A stretch of DNA of 64,000 nt from Octopus vulgaris (Eukaryota), in the NCBI GenBank assembly GCA_951406725.2, contig OX597818.1, forward strand, positions 116,808,001-116,872,000, in the 5' to 3' direction. The translations under genes were made by a program, and so were the position numbers. Below, in pieces: positions 11,573-26,329 of this stretch. The notes beneath the pieces were generated by a model, which saw only the letters and a program-made list of their open reading frames with translations, was not told the DNA's origin and did no database searches. Within the stretch, counting starts at the first letter, position 1. Every line of letters begins with the position of its first letter.

Positions 11573-11650
11573 CATTATTTCATTTATAAAAGTTAATAGT
11601 TGTAATAGTTTTGAGGCAAATAAAATTATACGTCTGTAAAAACCTATATA

Positions 11651-11681
<31 letters not shown>

Positions 11682-12307
11682 GTATGTATTTATGTATGTA
11701 TGTATGTATTTGTATATGTATTTATATGTATATTTATACATATCTATGTACGTATATAGATATACATATATATATAAGTATATATATATACATATCTATC
11801 TATCTATATATATACATATCTATCTATCTATATATATATATCTGGATGTATATGTATATATGTATATATATGTATGTATATATATATATATATATTACAA
11901 ATTTTGTTCTTGTCTATTGTACAAACACTATCCATATAAAGAGCTTTTTAAATAATTTCAAATTCCTAAATATGCTAAATGGCTGCGGAATATATTTATT
12001 ATCGCCACAGTTGAACGACTTTCACTTCAAACGTTTTGCTATGCTAAAGAAAGCACCACAATTTGAAAGTGAAGAGCTTGTTTGATAAAAATAACGTATT
12101 AGAGAGGGATGGTAGTAAGGCAGCATATTATCAAAATTTAATTTTCCTCTAAAAGAGCAGAGTTTTTTATTTACTAAAACGCTAACTTCACTTACGGGAA
12201 CGGTTTACTGTAACTGTTTTGTGGGTATATTGGTGTATCGTTCATAAGAATAAGATGATGTCAGCAACTAAGACACCACCACCACCAACAACAACGAAAC
12301 TACTGGA

Positions 12308-12700
12308 GGCGCAATGGCCCAGTGGTTAGGGCAGCGGAATCTCGGTCGGAGGATTGCAATTTCGATTCCCAGACCGGGCGTTGTGTGTGTTTATTGAGCG
12401 AAAACACCTAAAGCTCCACGATGCTCCGCCATGGGGTGGTGGCGACCCCTGTTGTACTCTTTCGCTATAACTTTCTCTCACTCTTTCTTCCTGTTTCTTG
12501 TCCCCGACTTCCTACGCAACCGCTGAGCCTTGATGCGCATTCATCCATCCGTCGATGCTCTCGGTGTCGGGGGTTGACCTGCTTTCTCTTCTACGGGTCT
12601 TACGAATAGCAAAGGACCACGTTTCGGACTTCTCCCAAACGATCAACAAACAAACAAGCAAAACAACAACAACAACAACTGCAACAACAACAACAAAAAT
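12308..12700 (+). mobile_element. tRNA-derived SINE with (AAC)n tail
   Basis: A box TGGCCCAGTGGTTAGG, B-box-like TTTCGATTCCC, unique body and simple-repeat tail. Confidence 0.7.
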
Positions 12701-13027
12701 CAGCAACAATAAGCAACGAGTAATCTTTGAATAATCTAAGGCCACATTTACTTCCCGCAAAATTAAAAAATAAATTGAAAACGCTCCCCAGAATTGAATG
12801 CTATAGAATGAGAGCAGTTGAAATCTTAAGAAGCTAGATTGGCTACGAAAGTTCTAAAGCGCAGCCGATACTTTAACAAACTTTACTTTTTTGTACCCTC
12901 AATAGTCTAGTATTCGCAGCACAGGTAATATTTCTACTACTTTCCATTCGATTCGTTTTCCCATATGCCAAACAAATGTCCTTAAAATAAACACTCACCG
13001 TCTTTAAGACTGAAATGCACATATGTA

Positions 13028-13585
13028 TTGGGTTGTCCGGAAAGTTCGTGCCGATTTTTAACGGAAAGAAAGCGGTCAATAATTACTTGCCATTATATTT
13101 TTAATCAACCAAATATGGACCATTTTGTTGCACAATGCGTCTCCATCTTTCCTTTAACTTGAAATTATCCTCTTCCCAGAACTGAGATGGTTTCATGGCA
13201 AAGATTTCATCGAGATATCTTTTTACGTCATCCAAGGAATTTAAATTTTTACCATTAAGACTATTCTGCAGAGACCTGAATAAGTGGAAATCCGAAGGAG
13301 CAATATCTGGTAAATATAAAGGGTGATATAACACATCCCATCCGAGATGCAGCAATTTTTGTCTGGTTCCCAAGGCATCAATTGCCGAAAATGAACTTTC
13401 TTAGCTTCCAATTTTAATTTGGGTTACAGTTTTAACGCAGGTTATAGGAACATAAACCTTCTTCCACGAAAACTGTGCTCTAAATGGAAGTGTAGTCAAA
13501 TTCTATTTCATGGACTCAACCATGTTCTAAAATAAGTCGAAAGGTAAGCTAGTATAAATCGGCAAGAACTTTCCGGACAACCCAA
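13028..13585 (-). mobile_element. Internally deleted mariner element
   Basis: TIRs TTGGGTTGTCCGGAAAGTTC and GAACTTTCCGGACAACCCAA, TA at the left. Remnant HPLYLPDIAPSDFHLFRSLQN (13101-13373). Confidence 0.9.
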
Positions 13586-14218
13586 TGTTGTGGTCTTCAA
13601 TATATTATACACTGAATATATAGGATTTTCAAGGACGGAGTTTATTTAATCAGGTTTAATTTGGGATTCTAAACTACAGGAAACTGAGTTAAATGCTGTG
13701 GGCAAGAACATTAGGTACGGTGAAAGAAAATGTGCCCACTGTGTGATATTGTGATATTCGAATGCCCCTTCTTCTAGACAGACTATGTATATCACGTGGA
13801 TGGATATATTTCCAGATTTTTTTTTTTGTGTGGAGATGATATTAGTCAGCGTATATAATTTTTGCTGATATTACACGAAGAAGCAGCGAACAATAAAACG
13901 ATTATGACAATACTAGAACAACAGAATAGAAAACAAGAATAAATATGAGATAACAACGTCATGTAAGAGCGAAAGGTTTTCCGAGATTATTTGATTTATT
14001 TCTAAAATTTCATACTAAATCAGGATTAAAAGTTATCAATTATAATGAAAATCGGATTTCTATAATCTTGGAAATTTGCAATAATCTTTCGAATGTTATA
14101 GAGCAACGAAACGAAGAGGAAAGGGAATAACTCAATATATATATATATATGTATGTATGTATATGTGTGTGTATGTATATATATATCTGTATGTATATAT
14201 ATATATGTATGTATATAT

Positions 14219-14269
<51 letters not shown>

Positions 14270-14302
14270 TATATATGTATACATACATACATAAATACAT
14301 AC

Positions 14303-14380
<78 letters not shown>

Positions 14381-15112
14381 ATGTGTGTGTATGTATATAT
14401 ATCTGTATGTATATATATATATGTATGTATATATATATATGTATATATATATATACAAATATATATATATATATACAAATATATATATATATATAGAGAG
14501 AGAGAGATATATATGTATACATACATACATAAATACATACATACATACATATATATATATATATATTATATGCATGCCTGCGTACAAATAAACATATATC
14601 AGAGTGTACGTGCAAATGTGTGTGTGTGTATGTGTGAGCGGTGATCAACTTTGGTTTTCATAAAACGCCAAACATTAATATTTACATTTCAAATTAGCAA
14701 TCGCAATTTAGAGTATTAATTACATTTGTTGACACAAAAAGATAAAAATAATCACCCCACCCCATAAAAAAACAAACAGCAACCAACTGTATTTACTTAT
14801 CTTCTTACAGTGAAAGTGAAAAAGTATTTTAATATAAGAAGGAGAAAACAAAAAAATCCCAAAAGTGGGTGGGGGTGCATAGAATTTGTACATGTCGAAT
14901 TTAGGAATTTCGTTATTCACACACATATATACATACCTCTCACAAGTGTATATTTAGATATGTGTACATACATATATGTATGCATACGCACAAACACACT
15001 CACACAAACACAAAACGCACATATTCATAACACACACACTCAAACACACATATATGCTTGTATGTGTATGTGTGAGTATGTTTGTGTGTATTTGTGCGAG
15101 TATAAATAAGAT

Positions 15113-15372
15113 CATTGGTTCTTAACCGGAGTCCACATGACCCTTTAGTGTGCATATCACATATTTTTGATAAAATCTCTGTGAAATAAATTGGTCATAC
15201 TTCTGCAATACAGAAAATATTTTAACGATTTTTTCATAGACTTCCTAATACTATTTGAATTCTAAGAATCTAATAGGATTTTTGAAACACTGAACGGCTA
15301 TGCGGTTCCACTTGAGTAAAACAGAAGGGAAATAGTTCAGTAGGTAAACAAAAAAATGTGTGAGGACCACTG
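15113..15372. mobile_element. hAT-like MITE
   Basis: Degenerate short TIRs CATTGGTTCTT and GAGGACCACTG. Confidence 0.4.
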
Positions 15373-15414
15373 ACTTAGATGATCAAAACAACAGTAGGCA
15401 ATAAATTTACCAGA

Positions 15415-15446
<32 letters not shown>

Positions 15447-15450
<4 letters not shown>

Positions 15451-15748
15451 CATAAATGAAGGTAAAGGAAAAAATTTCTAATGCCAAATATGCCGAAAAA
15501 TTGGACATATTGTCCTTTAACCATATAGTGTTTTCACAATACGCACGATACTCGAAAAAAGGTCGACAGAAATTTCTAAAAAATTCCATTATTACCATAT
15601 TTGGCATTAGAAATTTTTCCTTTGCCCTCATTTATGAATTGTTTATAAATTTAACCGTTAAAGGTATTTTTTAATATGCTGGCCATTGATAAAATTTTTT
15701 TCGAGAAAATATATTTTTTTTCGAAAAGAATTTTATCCCCACATTTGA
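15447..15748. mobile_element. Foldback element family A, second copy in mirror orientation
   Basis: Inverted arms about 15447-15492 and 15596-15640. Shares CATATTTGGCATTAGAA and ATGCTGGCCATTGATAAA with 795-1270. (TA)n on both sides. Confidence 0.7.
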
Positions 15749-16419
15749 TATATATATATATAGATATTAAGAGTATACTTTTATCTCAGAGTTTTCTGAA
15801 AACTAAAGCTAAGAAGTAAAACATGAAATCCTGCAATACGTAGAAATTGTTATTTTGTTTCACAGAATTTCCAATATGTTTTTAATACGATGAGTCATCA
15901 CTAGTGAACTATATCACTTTAACGCGTTTCATCCTGCTTTGTTTAGTGAGTGCTCTGATTCTGTCCCTGTAAGCATCAGGCGCATCAACTCTCCAAATCC
16001 TTGTCACTGCTTATTTCACTGCTGTAGAATTGTGTGGAGGACCCCAGACGATGAAGTAGACTAGCCCAATACGTAGATATTGAGGGAGAAGTCTAGACGT
16101 CGTTGAAGTAGAGCACAGTTGAGTAGCGGCGAGACTAAAGGAGTAGTAGAGAAGAGTAGAGTTGAGTAGAAGGCATCCAAACGAGCGATATAACAGTGGT
16201 GACGAGGATTTCGTAGTTCACACACCTACTGTTTAGTATTGCGATATAACAAAAATATAAAGTGTGATATGGCTTGTTATACACAACGGCATACAAGATA
16301 ATGATGTACACTTCATAATTGAAATCTGTCATAAGTATGGACAATTTTTATGAGGCATCATATGAAAAGTTTACAAACTAGCATAGAAGATATAGTAATA
16401 TGCATTCTCTGGAAATATT

Positions 16420-16745
16420 CCTTTTACTTAGGATCTCTGGAGAAATGTTAATCATCAGGGAGAGCCGTTACTTTTCTGCAATGAGAGTTCACATCTCTTG
16501 GAATTTGGATTTGTGATTAGAATGCCTCAGGAAATAATTGTAAGACAAATTCTTCAAACTGAGCCAACCGGTGGCACAGTTGGATCATATCAATATACTT
16601 AGATAGTTGCACTTTGGAATCCAACCAAAAGGTTTAATGATGGATGCTTCTGATAGGACTCTGTGGAGAGGTCGCCTGAGTACTCTACTCCCAAAACTCA
16701 TCTATGAATGGTGGAGGAAGATAGCTAGATGGACAAGTATCAGTT
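16420..16745 (+). pseudogene. RTE-like LINE 3' fragment
   Basis: FGFVIRMPQEIIVRQIL ... DRTLWR. Confidence 0.5.
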
Positions 16746-18316
16746 TGTCTACCACTATTCCAACATTTCAGTGTAAGTTTATATAAATTCTTTAAAGAAA
16801 TATAAGTGGCTGAATTTCATCTTTTGATTGTGATATCCTACATCAATCCTCAGAAATGTGTCTCTACATTGCACAGCAAGCTGCGTTGTGATATGCAGAA
16901 CAGTAACAAATGCGAGGAAATATCTTCGTATTATAATGCAGCTATTTATAACTACCTATTAAATATGAATACTACCCGAAAAAATAAAAGACTAGCGTTT
17001 GGCCCTCGTGCTATCCGCCCGCTACAAAAATCGAACTCAAGACACATAACATTACGTCACAACTACTTTACCTCTCTTTAATATTATACTTAATATTATA
17101 TTTAGATCTCTTTAATATTATACCAAAGATCCCATAAAATTCTAAAGTTCTCTGGAGAAATTTCTCCCAGAACATCCCGAGCCAGCCTCCTACACACGGA
17201 TATGTCTCCAACAATAACAACTCTTTGCTAGAGTGTGCCATGGTGTCCCATATATGACTGAGGTGGGAATCACTATCTAAAAAACTTCACCAGGTGGCGC
17301 TATTAAGTTATGACATGGCCTGGGCCTATACTGGCCGAAACCCATCTAAGTTATATACTTTCGCAAAAATTTTGATTACAAACTGAAATTAAACAAAGAA
17401 GCAAAAAGGTAATGCGGTATTAACACTCTGAAGACATTTGACTCTCATCATAAATGCATGAAATTTGTGAGTCACATGATAATAAGAAATAGGTGACTGT
17501 TCCCTCAATGAATTAACATCTCTGCATACATTATTTACCTTTAAAATAACACAAGTTCATATTTCAACAATTCGATATTAACAAATTCTGTGGCGCGATA
17601 GCGAAAATGTAATGCGTCAGTGCCCAAGAATTGTAGAACACACATAAAATATATAAATGATTATACTAATACCATTATGTAGGTAACGAAGCAAATAAAA
17701 AATGCCACGGAAAACGTATCAGAATTCAGTGTAGGATTGGTTTACTGCGCGAGCAAATGCTATCTCTTTAATCGATATATCCAAAATACACTGGAGAAGG
17801 AATTTACAACAATACATATAGCCTTACACAGAGATTATGGGTTTGATAAGTCCCAACATGCCAACGGACGCATAGCTTTTACGCATAAGTGGCCACGGAA
17901 TGAATTTCTTTAGTTGTAGTCCGAAAATACTTATATATAGTAACCTAAATACTAGAAATTTCTTAGATGTTAAAAACAAACGTAAAGATAGTCGAATATA
18001 AAACCCGTGGAAAAGTTAACGTCGCAAACATGTTAACAAAGATACAAATATCCAGCTTTATTTTTTAAAACCGAAATAATGATATCGCATGTAAAAATTT
18101 CTGAATTATTATCTAACAAAAAATTTTTTAAAATCACTGGGAGTATGGTTCTAAAAGAAACAGGTATAAGCGAACGAAACCAAATTTAGGTTTATTTATC
18201 TTGATATTTTAACTATATTTCATTCATACCTATTTACCACCTACAGATTAAATCTACGAGTGCTAGCAATTACTTAATCATAATAAATGACGGTTATTTG
18301 TGTATCTGTGTGTGTG

Positions 18317-18373
<57 letters not shown>

Positions 18374-19002
18374 TGTAAGGAACAGGAGGGTTGAAAATGC
18401 ATTAAATTTACATATATCGCTCTGCCTGCCTGTCTGTATTTTTCTCTCTATGTATATTCACATGTATGTATGTATGTATGTATGTATTTATGTATGTATG
18501 TATGTATGTATGTATGTATGTATGTATGTATATGTATGTATGTATGTATGTAATATAGCAATAAGATAACTTTCTGTATCTTGATGGTTCTTTTCCTCTC
18601 ACTTTATGTCACGCGAGGTGACAAACGTATTTATGCGCATGCCCATTGATGGCTAGACGAATTGTATGTTTTTGTGATCATAAGAATTAACTGATTTTTG
18701 TTTTCTTCTGCAATACATTGTTTAGGAAGTAATCGATCACTTTTTCCCCAGCAGGCTCCTATAAATAATTCCGTAAAGTAATAGCCATACGCAAAATAAT
18801 CATCCATCATTTGTACCTACTAGAATTGAACACTGTTTTATCGGCCTCAGTGGAATGAAAACTAACTTGACGTCAATGAGATTTGAACACGGATCATGAT
18901 TATCCGGAGAATATTCGGAAAACCATATTTTTATTGATGCATTAATTGCTCTACAAGCTCTGTAAAAGTATTTTTGTCTTCCATATATAACACATGTATA
19001 TG

Positions 19003-19236
19003 CAGGGTTGGCCAAAAGCCACCCGAGAGTAAATCAAAATTCCATAAATACTATCTGTAATTCTGTATTGACTCGAATGGAAGAATGCGTCGCCCAAGAA
19101 GGACTTCAGTTTGAACAATTTCCATGATGTTTCATATGTAGATGCTTTTATTAAATTCATTCAGTTGTTAAACATAAATAAATCTTGGAATTAAATGGTT
19201 TTTATTTACTGTCAGGTGACATTTGGGCAACACTGT
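19003..19236. mobile_element. MITE, same family as 11150-11378
   Basis: CAGGGTTGGCCAAAAGCCACCCGAGAGTAAA ... TTTACTGTCAGGTGACATTTGGGCAACACTG. Confidence 0.75.
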
Positions 19237-19405
19237 ATTTGGGCAATCAATTTATTAAAAAAAATATTGCTTCGGGCTTATGAGTTGATTTGGTAGACGG
19301 AAACAGACCACTTCCATTGTGAATAATATATATATATGGATTTGTGTGTGTGTGTGTACCTACCTACCTACATACTTAGTTATCTACTTAAATACTCTAC
19401 AGTAT

Positions 19406-19472
<67 letters not shown>

Positions 19473-19657
19473 GTATATGTATATAATACAAAATGGGACA
19501 AGAATGCAAAACATCCAGATAGACGATACAAAAAAACACGGACGGGTCATTCGAAGCCTTTTATCTTCAGTCAAGAACAGGATCATCCTCGCAATTTCGG
19601 CTATTCATATATAGAAATACACACACACACACAGACACACACACACACACACATATA

Positions 19658-19743
<86 letters not shown>

Positions 19744-20479
19744 GACAAATATCTTATCCGAACTCTCGTATCTTTTAAGTCGATGACTTGATTTGCGTAG
19801 CACAGTACAGAAGACGTACCAGTTTGCGCAAAGTCGTCAATTTTTAGTTACGGATATAAGGCAAAGTACATTTCGATTAACTGATGCTGTTTTTACTGTA
19901 ATTTCAATCCATTCAACTTAATTACTTAAGAGCAACTGAATCTTCCGTATCGCTGTCTCTAATACACTTACGTGCACGATGCGTTCTACATCATAATGCC
20001 TATAAATCCAATAATCTTTCTCATGATACTTGCTTAATTTCTATCGTGATCAGCAATTTAACATCGCTCACACTCTCAAGATGCGTACTTAAATCCTGCC
20101 CGACAAATATATCGAAGTGCGTGCCCATTGGTTGATAGATTGATTACGTATTTTCGTGAAAATCAGAACTGTAATAGAGACGCCTTTTTGTAGAACACGT
20201 TGTTTCTGATGTAATGGATCTCTTATGTTTTTCTTTTCAAGTTGTTCGTATAAAATTGCTGTAAAACAATGACATGCACAAAATAACTATCAGTCATCTA
20301 CAGCTACAACATCTTCCACAAGACAGACGATAATTCTTGTCTCGGTTATTTAGCCTTTTTTTTTTATAGAAAAACGAAAATTTACAGATTTTTAGTTTAT
20401 TTTGAAGGTGCAAAGCAATTCTTTATATACACACACGCACTCACTCACACATACGCACATATATGTATATACGAATGTA

Positions 20480-20517
<38 letters not shown>

Positions 20518-20542
20518 TACATTCATTCATTCATACATACAT

Positions 20543-20599
<57 letters not shown>

Positions 20600-20609
20600 C
20601 ATATATATT

Positions 20610-21030
20610 CAAGTAAAGGTTATAATCACAACGAAAATAATAGTTAGTTACCAATCTATATTGGTTCAACTATAAGGTAACCATATAAACCGTGGTTCAT
20701 ATATTTACATATTTAATAAATAAGGAAAATGGAGAGGTAATTAATAAAATCATTTATTAATTGTAAATTATGACAACATATCTGACAGCTGTTTCGATTA
20801 AGTAATCTTAAGATAATTAATTTGCAAAATTTAAATCTCTTAACTGTTTATAGCCATTATCTCAACATGAACTTCTAATCGGTATATATTTACTATCTCG
20901 GAAGAGAGTCGTCTTATTATGGTTTTAATTTTATAAAATAATTTTCTAACGATTACTGAATCGAAACAGCTGTCCGAGCTATAACTAATAGATAACTTTA
21001 TCAATCACCTCTCCATTTTCTCCTTATACT
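20610..21030. mobile_element. Foldback element with hammerhead remnant
   Basis: Diverged inverted arms about 20719-20812 and 20951-21028. (TA)n on the left. Confidence 0.55.
20894..20979 (+). ncRNA. Degenerate hammerhead motif with long stem II
   Basis: TATCT|CGGAAGA|GAGTC...GAATC|GAA|ACAGCTGT|C. The inverted arm at about 20779-20798 preserves the stem I partner (GAAACAGCTGTC-AGATA). Confidence 0.5.
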
Positions 21031-21383
21031 TTTCCCAAATAAACAGACGTTTTATATATTTGTTCTTCATGCGTTGGTTACTGTACTTATCCTTTTTTTC
21101 ATTTTTAGTTTAACTCATGTTCAATTTTCACATATAAACTCTCCTGTGCGGAGTACAGTCTCAGCTATGTAGATAGATGTCATGTGTCTGCACCGTCACT
21201 CAGTACATCGTAAGCTATACGCTGCATTTCTAACCTTCACATTTAACCCGTGTGTCCATCCTACATACAACACAATTGTACTCCGTACAGGAGACTTCTA
21301 ACTTGTAGACTCTTGAGGTGTCTGTGTGAGACTTGGAGACTACTTGTACAAATGCAAAGCAAAAGTTAAACGTATAATGATAA

Positions 21384-21423
<40 letters not shown>

Positions 21424-21498
21424 TATTATTATTATTATTATTATTATTATTGTTGTTGTTGTTGTTGTTGTTGTTATCATTATTATTATTATTATTAT

Positions 21499-22135
21499 AG
21501 CGTAGAACAGTATTTACATTAGAAAATATGTAACACTGCAAAATCAACACTTCTGCTACCTGGTATGAACATCATCCTGAGCCAGTCGTTGAAGGTAAAA
21601 ACGTTACTGTCCTCTGGGATTTTACAGTCAACACTGACAGAACGACCTAGGCTAATCGACCAGACATAATTATTAAAGACAGGGAAGCAAAGACTTGTAA
21701 ACTAATAGATGTACGTGTTCGCACAGATAAAAAAATATCTGTAAAGGAATTTGACAAACTAAGTAAATATAAGGACCTGGAAATTGAAATACAAAAAGAT
21801 GTGGCACCTTAAAACGAGAAAAGTTCCTATTATTATAAGTGCCCTAGGTATGATTAAAAAGGAATATCAGAAACATCTAGATCAGATCCCAAGAGAACCG
21901 TATCTCGGGGAAATCCAAATCATTGTGCTGGGAGGTACTGCACAGATCCTTAGGAACTCTCTATCCATTAAATGTCTGAGTTGGTATTACATGAAGATAT
22001 TTCGATGCAACTCCTGCCACTCCCCCTCCCCACTTTTTTTAGCCATACTCTATCATCTCTTATCTTTCACTCGCTCTGGGACGCTTGGCGTGTCTCGGCA
22101 AGTGATGCTAACAAACATGCAGATTAAAAGTAATG
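21499..22135 (+). pseudogene. R4/Dong-like non-LTR retrotransposon 3' fragment (restriction-like endonuclease)
   Basis: WYEHHPEPVVEGKNVTVLWDF...NRPDIIIKDREAKTCKLIDV...KLSKYKDLEIEI..MW...SALG, ending in (AAT)n. Confidence 0.85.
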
Positions 22136-22187
<52 letters not shown>

Positions 22188-22674
22188 TAATAATAATAAT
22201 AATAATAATAACAACAACAAGTTGTTTTTGTTTTCAAGGCCACACATTTGTAAGGAAATATTGAATTGAACGGATCGATATGTCGTCCATTACTGCAAAC
22301 AACTTTTTATCGACCCTGATAACATTCAGGGATAAGCCGAATAAAAGTCTAATTGCTTTTCAACTGATAACCACTTGGCAGTTAATTATGTACACAATGT
22401 GGGTACTTAACTAAACAGCGGACTGCATGAAATACATTATCATAGGAACAAAGCAAATAAGATCAACGTTAATCAATCTGCGTCGAATATGAAGACAGTT
22501 CACACTGTGCTCCGAAGAAACTATATTAATAATTCCATCGTTTGTATCTTAGGTCAACGTCTTCATTTACATTACCACCGCTACAAACGTAACAATTATT
22601 ATCCGGTATAAATATAACAAGAGCGCTCAGAAAGCGCAACCCTCCTCCAAGTAACAAAACAGGCAAAGGAACAT

Positions 22675-23750
22675 CTAAGTGAATTCCAAATACAACAAAT
22701 CGCAGAATTGGATGCACTGGAAACAAGCACATACACAAAAAAGCTACGCGTATAAAACCCGTGCTAAACCTGCTGCTTTAGATACTCTTGCTGATAAATG
22801 GCAAGGAAAACCTCTCAATGACAAATACTCACAGAGGGCTAATAACGCCGATGTCGACAAAGCCCTTACCCATCAATGGTTAGTGTTTTCTGGTTGAAAA
22901 TCAGAAATAGAAGGGTTTATGATAGCAGCTCAAGATCAATACCTACCAACAAGGAGCTACCAGGCCAACATTTTAAAGAACAGCAGTAGCCCAAAATATC
23001 GTGTATATAAATAACAAAATGAAACCATTGATCATGTTGTCTACATATGCAGTCTTCTTGCGCCTACAGAGTATCTCAGCAGGCATGATAAAGCAGCACA
23101 ATATATTCACTGGGTCTGAGTAATTTGCAAAAACATGAACTTGCCGAATGATAAAAACTTGTGGGAACACAAACCACCTACAGTGCTTGAAAATGAACAC
23201 ATCTCACTCCTCTGGAACTTTTCCATTCAAACTGACAGAAAGATAGTGGCAAATATGCCAGACATTATATTGACAGACTTCAGACAGAACTCATGCCACC
23301 TCATTGATATGACTGCTCCAATCAACATAAACCTATCTGTCATGACCTACCAAAAACTGAGCAAGTATAAAGATCTTGAAGTAAGAAATTGGCAAAATGT
23401 GGAATCAATTCCTGTTTTCATAGGTGCCCTAGAAATGGTCGCAAAAGGGGCTGATTCCTACCTAACTCAGATACAAAGAAACTCCAAATGGCAGAAATTC
23501 AAAAGGTAGTGCTCATAGGGACTGACCATATCCTATTCAAAATACTTTCTATGTAATCTTAAATTTTAAAACAAACTTATAATTTTCTTATGGTTTCTTA
23601 AACGTTCTCTAGAACAATACTCTGTGCAAAACCAAATATATGGCACCCTAGGCATAACATCAACTTGGAATTCTAACTTGAGGTCTCTGAGTGAGACTTG
23701 AAGTCTACTTGTACAAATACAAAGCAAAAGTCAAACATAAAATAATGATA
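22675..23750 (+). pseudogene. R4/Dong-like 3' fragment (decayed CCHC plus RLE)
   Basis: EGFMIAAQDQYLPTRSY, ETIDHVVYIC, RHDKAA, WEHKPPTVLENEHISLLWNF, PDIIL, KLSKYKDL, followed by (AAT)n. Confidence 0.85.
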
Positions 23751-23779
23751 ATAATAGTGATATGCGCTACACTGATCGC

Positions 23780-24369
23780 GTATCGCAGTTCCAGCAAAAC
23801 CAGTTATTCTCAAATAACCAGAAGCAGTTTTTTCAGGGCTTAGGAGGAAATACAGAAGATAATACACCTCCTGAAGCAGAAGAAACCCGCCTATTTCGGA
23901 ATAACTCTTGGAGGTAAGAATTTTCGCATAACCACAGTACTGAATGGATCCTCTAGGACTTTGGCTTCTAGACAGACAAAGTTTTAGAACACCGAATAAC
24001 GGATATAGTAACCTTTAGGAGAGACAAACAAGAGTGCCCAATAATTGACATGGCAGTGCCAGGAGATCAACATGTCATTATGAAAGAAAGAGAAAAGGTT
24101 GATAAATATGGAGGCCCGAGAATTGAAATCGCTAAGATGTGGCAGTTACGAGAGTCAGACATAAAGATTATCCCTAATGTCATCGAAGCATTCGGTTCAA
24201 TACCACCTAATCTGAAAAAAAAAAACATCTGAAAACTTTAGAAGTACCCTACAATCTAGTTGTATTGCAAAAGTTGGCATTACTTGGAACAGTACGCATA
24301 TTGCGTAAAGTACTGTCTGTCTGGAGTCCTTGTGGCTTGACAAAGAGTACGAACCCTCGCAACGTCCAT

Positions 24370-24372
<3 letters not shown>
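23780..24372 (+). pseudogene. Third R4/Dong-like RLE fragment
   Basis: IIDMAVPGDQHVIMKEREKVDKY...LQKLALLGTVRILRKVL, followed by (ATT)n. Confidence 0.8.
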
Positions 24373-24630
<258 letters not shown>

Positions 24631-25019
24631 TTCACATTTTGGCTCAAAGTGAGCAATTTTGAGGGAAGAAGAAATACAAGAACATCGATTTCATTACTGA
24701 AATGGTATCGAATCTAAAGGATAAAAGGTAAAGTCCACCTTGGACGAGAAGGGCTCTAATTTGTAACTCATTACAAATTGCGACATGACCTCCCTCATTT
24801 TCTGATCAACTTGAACATGAAGATGTTAGATACTGTGGACTTAAATAAACCTCCAAAAATTGTGTTGATATTCCTTTGATAATATTCCGGGGCTATTTTG
24901 ATAACAGGAAAAAAAACCCACAAGAAAAAGAAAAACAAAAGAAAATATGGACAACAGTTGAGCATTTATCATTCTCAACAATACCACAAGATAACAATGA
25001 TACTACCGTTTCCCCATGA

Positions 25020-25810
25020 CCGTCCTCACCATCGTCGCTACTTCTGCCACTGCCACTGCAATATAACCACCACCACCACCACAACAACAACCACCACCAC
25101 ATACCATCACCACCGCCGTCACCGCCACCGCCACCACCACCACCACCACAACCACCATCACCACCGCCGCCACCGCCACCGCCACCACCACCACAACCAC
25201 CATCACAACCGCCGCCACCGCCACCGCCACCACCACCACAACCACCATCACCACCACCACCGCCGCCACCGCCACCACAACCACAACCACCACCACCAAC
25301 ACTACTACCATCATCGTCACCATTCTAGATTTTTCCCACTACCATCACCACCACCAATGCCAACACCACTATCACCATCGCCCCCACTACCGCCACCGCC
25401 GCCACCGCCGCTGCCGGCACCGCAGCTGCCGGCACCGCAGCTGCTGCCGCTACCGGCGCCGCTGCTGCCGGAGCCTGAGTCACAACCACCACCATCATTA
25501 CCATCACTTCTAGAATTTTCCCCACCACCACCACCCACCACGAACGTCACCACCACCACCACCACCACCACAACCACCAACGCTACAACCACCACGACCA
25601 CTGGCGTCACCGCACCCACCGCCGCCGCTGCCGCCGGAGCCTGAGCCACAACGACCACCACCATCATCATCACCATCGCTTCTAGGTCTTTTTCCCCACC
25701 ACCACCACTACCACCACCGCTAGCACCACCTCCACCACTGGCGCCGCCACCACCACCACCACCACCAACCAACCAACCAACAACAAGATCACCATCACTA
25801 CTGTTTCCAG
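25020..25810. repeat. GC-rich (CAC/CCG)n low-complexity repeat with higher-order units
   Basis: TTCTAG-(T-rich)-CCCAC anchors at about 25323, 25509 and 25680. Confidence 0.8.
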
Positions 25811-26329
25811 CCTCATGCACTCAGCTTTTCCTTCATGTCACATCACTGACAACGTTTCATGTTGCTGGTCCTGAAACGAAATGAATGCTCTTTAGTTAAT
25901 TGACGATAATGAAAGTGTGATAGCGGTGGCGATGGCGGCGGCGGTGTAATTAGTGACAGTGCTAATGGCGATGATGGATGTGTTAGAGTTTCACATTCTC
26001 GCTGTGATGGTGGTGGTGGTGGTGGTAGATAAATCTAGAAGCGAAGCATACATGGATGAAGGCGGTAGTTTTAAGTTGTATTAGTTATATAACAACCGAT
26101 GTTGTACATGTGACGGACACCAGCGCCATCATTGTTCGCGATGATGGTGGTGTGGTGTTGAAGCTGGTGGTGTTGTTGGTAGCAATGGTGGTTTGATGAC
26201 ACTAATGGATGTCATTATAATTAACACTGATGAAAAGATGAGGATGTTAGTAGAAAAAAGAGGAAATATGCCGCAGAGGCTGAGGTAATATCAGCAGGAA
26301 TATTAGGAGGGGCGCTGTATGTGTTGTTC

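Noticed and set aside
12308-12380. tRNA gene
   Set aside because: tRNA-like head continues into a SINE body and tail, with no complete cloverleaf.
17310-17345. GGCC-loop-GGCC-GAAAC as a hammerhead
   Set aside because: No CUGANGA-like core. It matches the CATGGCC...GAAAC 3'-end stem-loop seen in local SINE/LINE tails.
24898-25644. His/Pro/Thr-rich 248-aa ORF
   Set aside because: Trinucleotide low complexity is open in several frames on both strands, with no domain or splice evidence.
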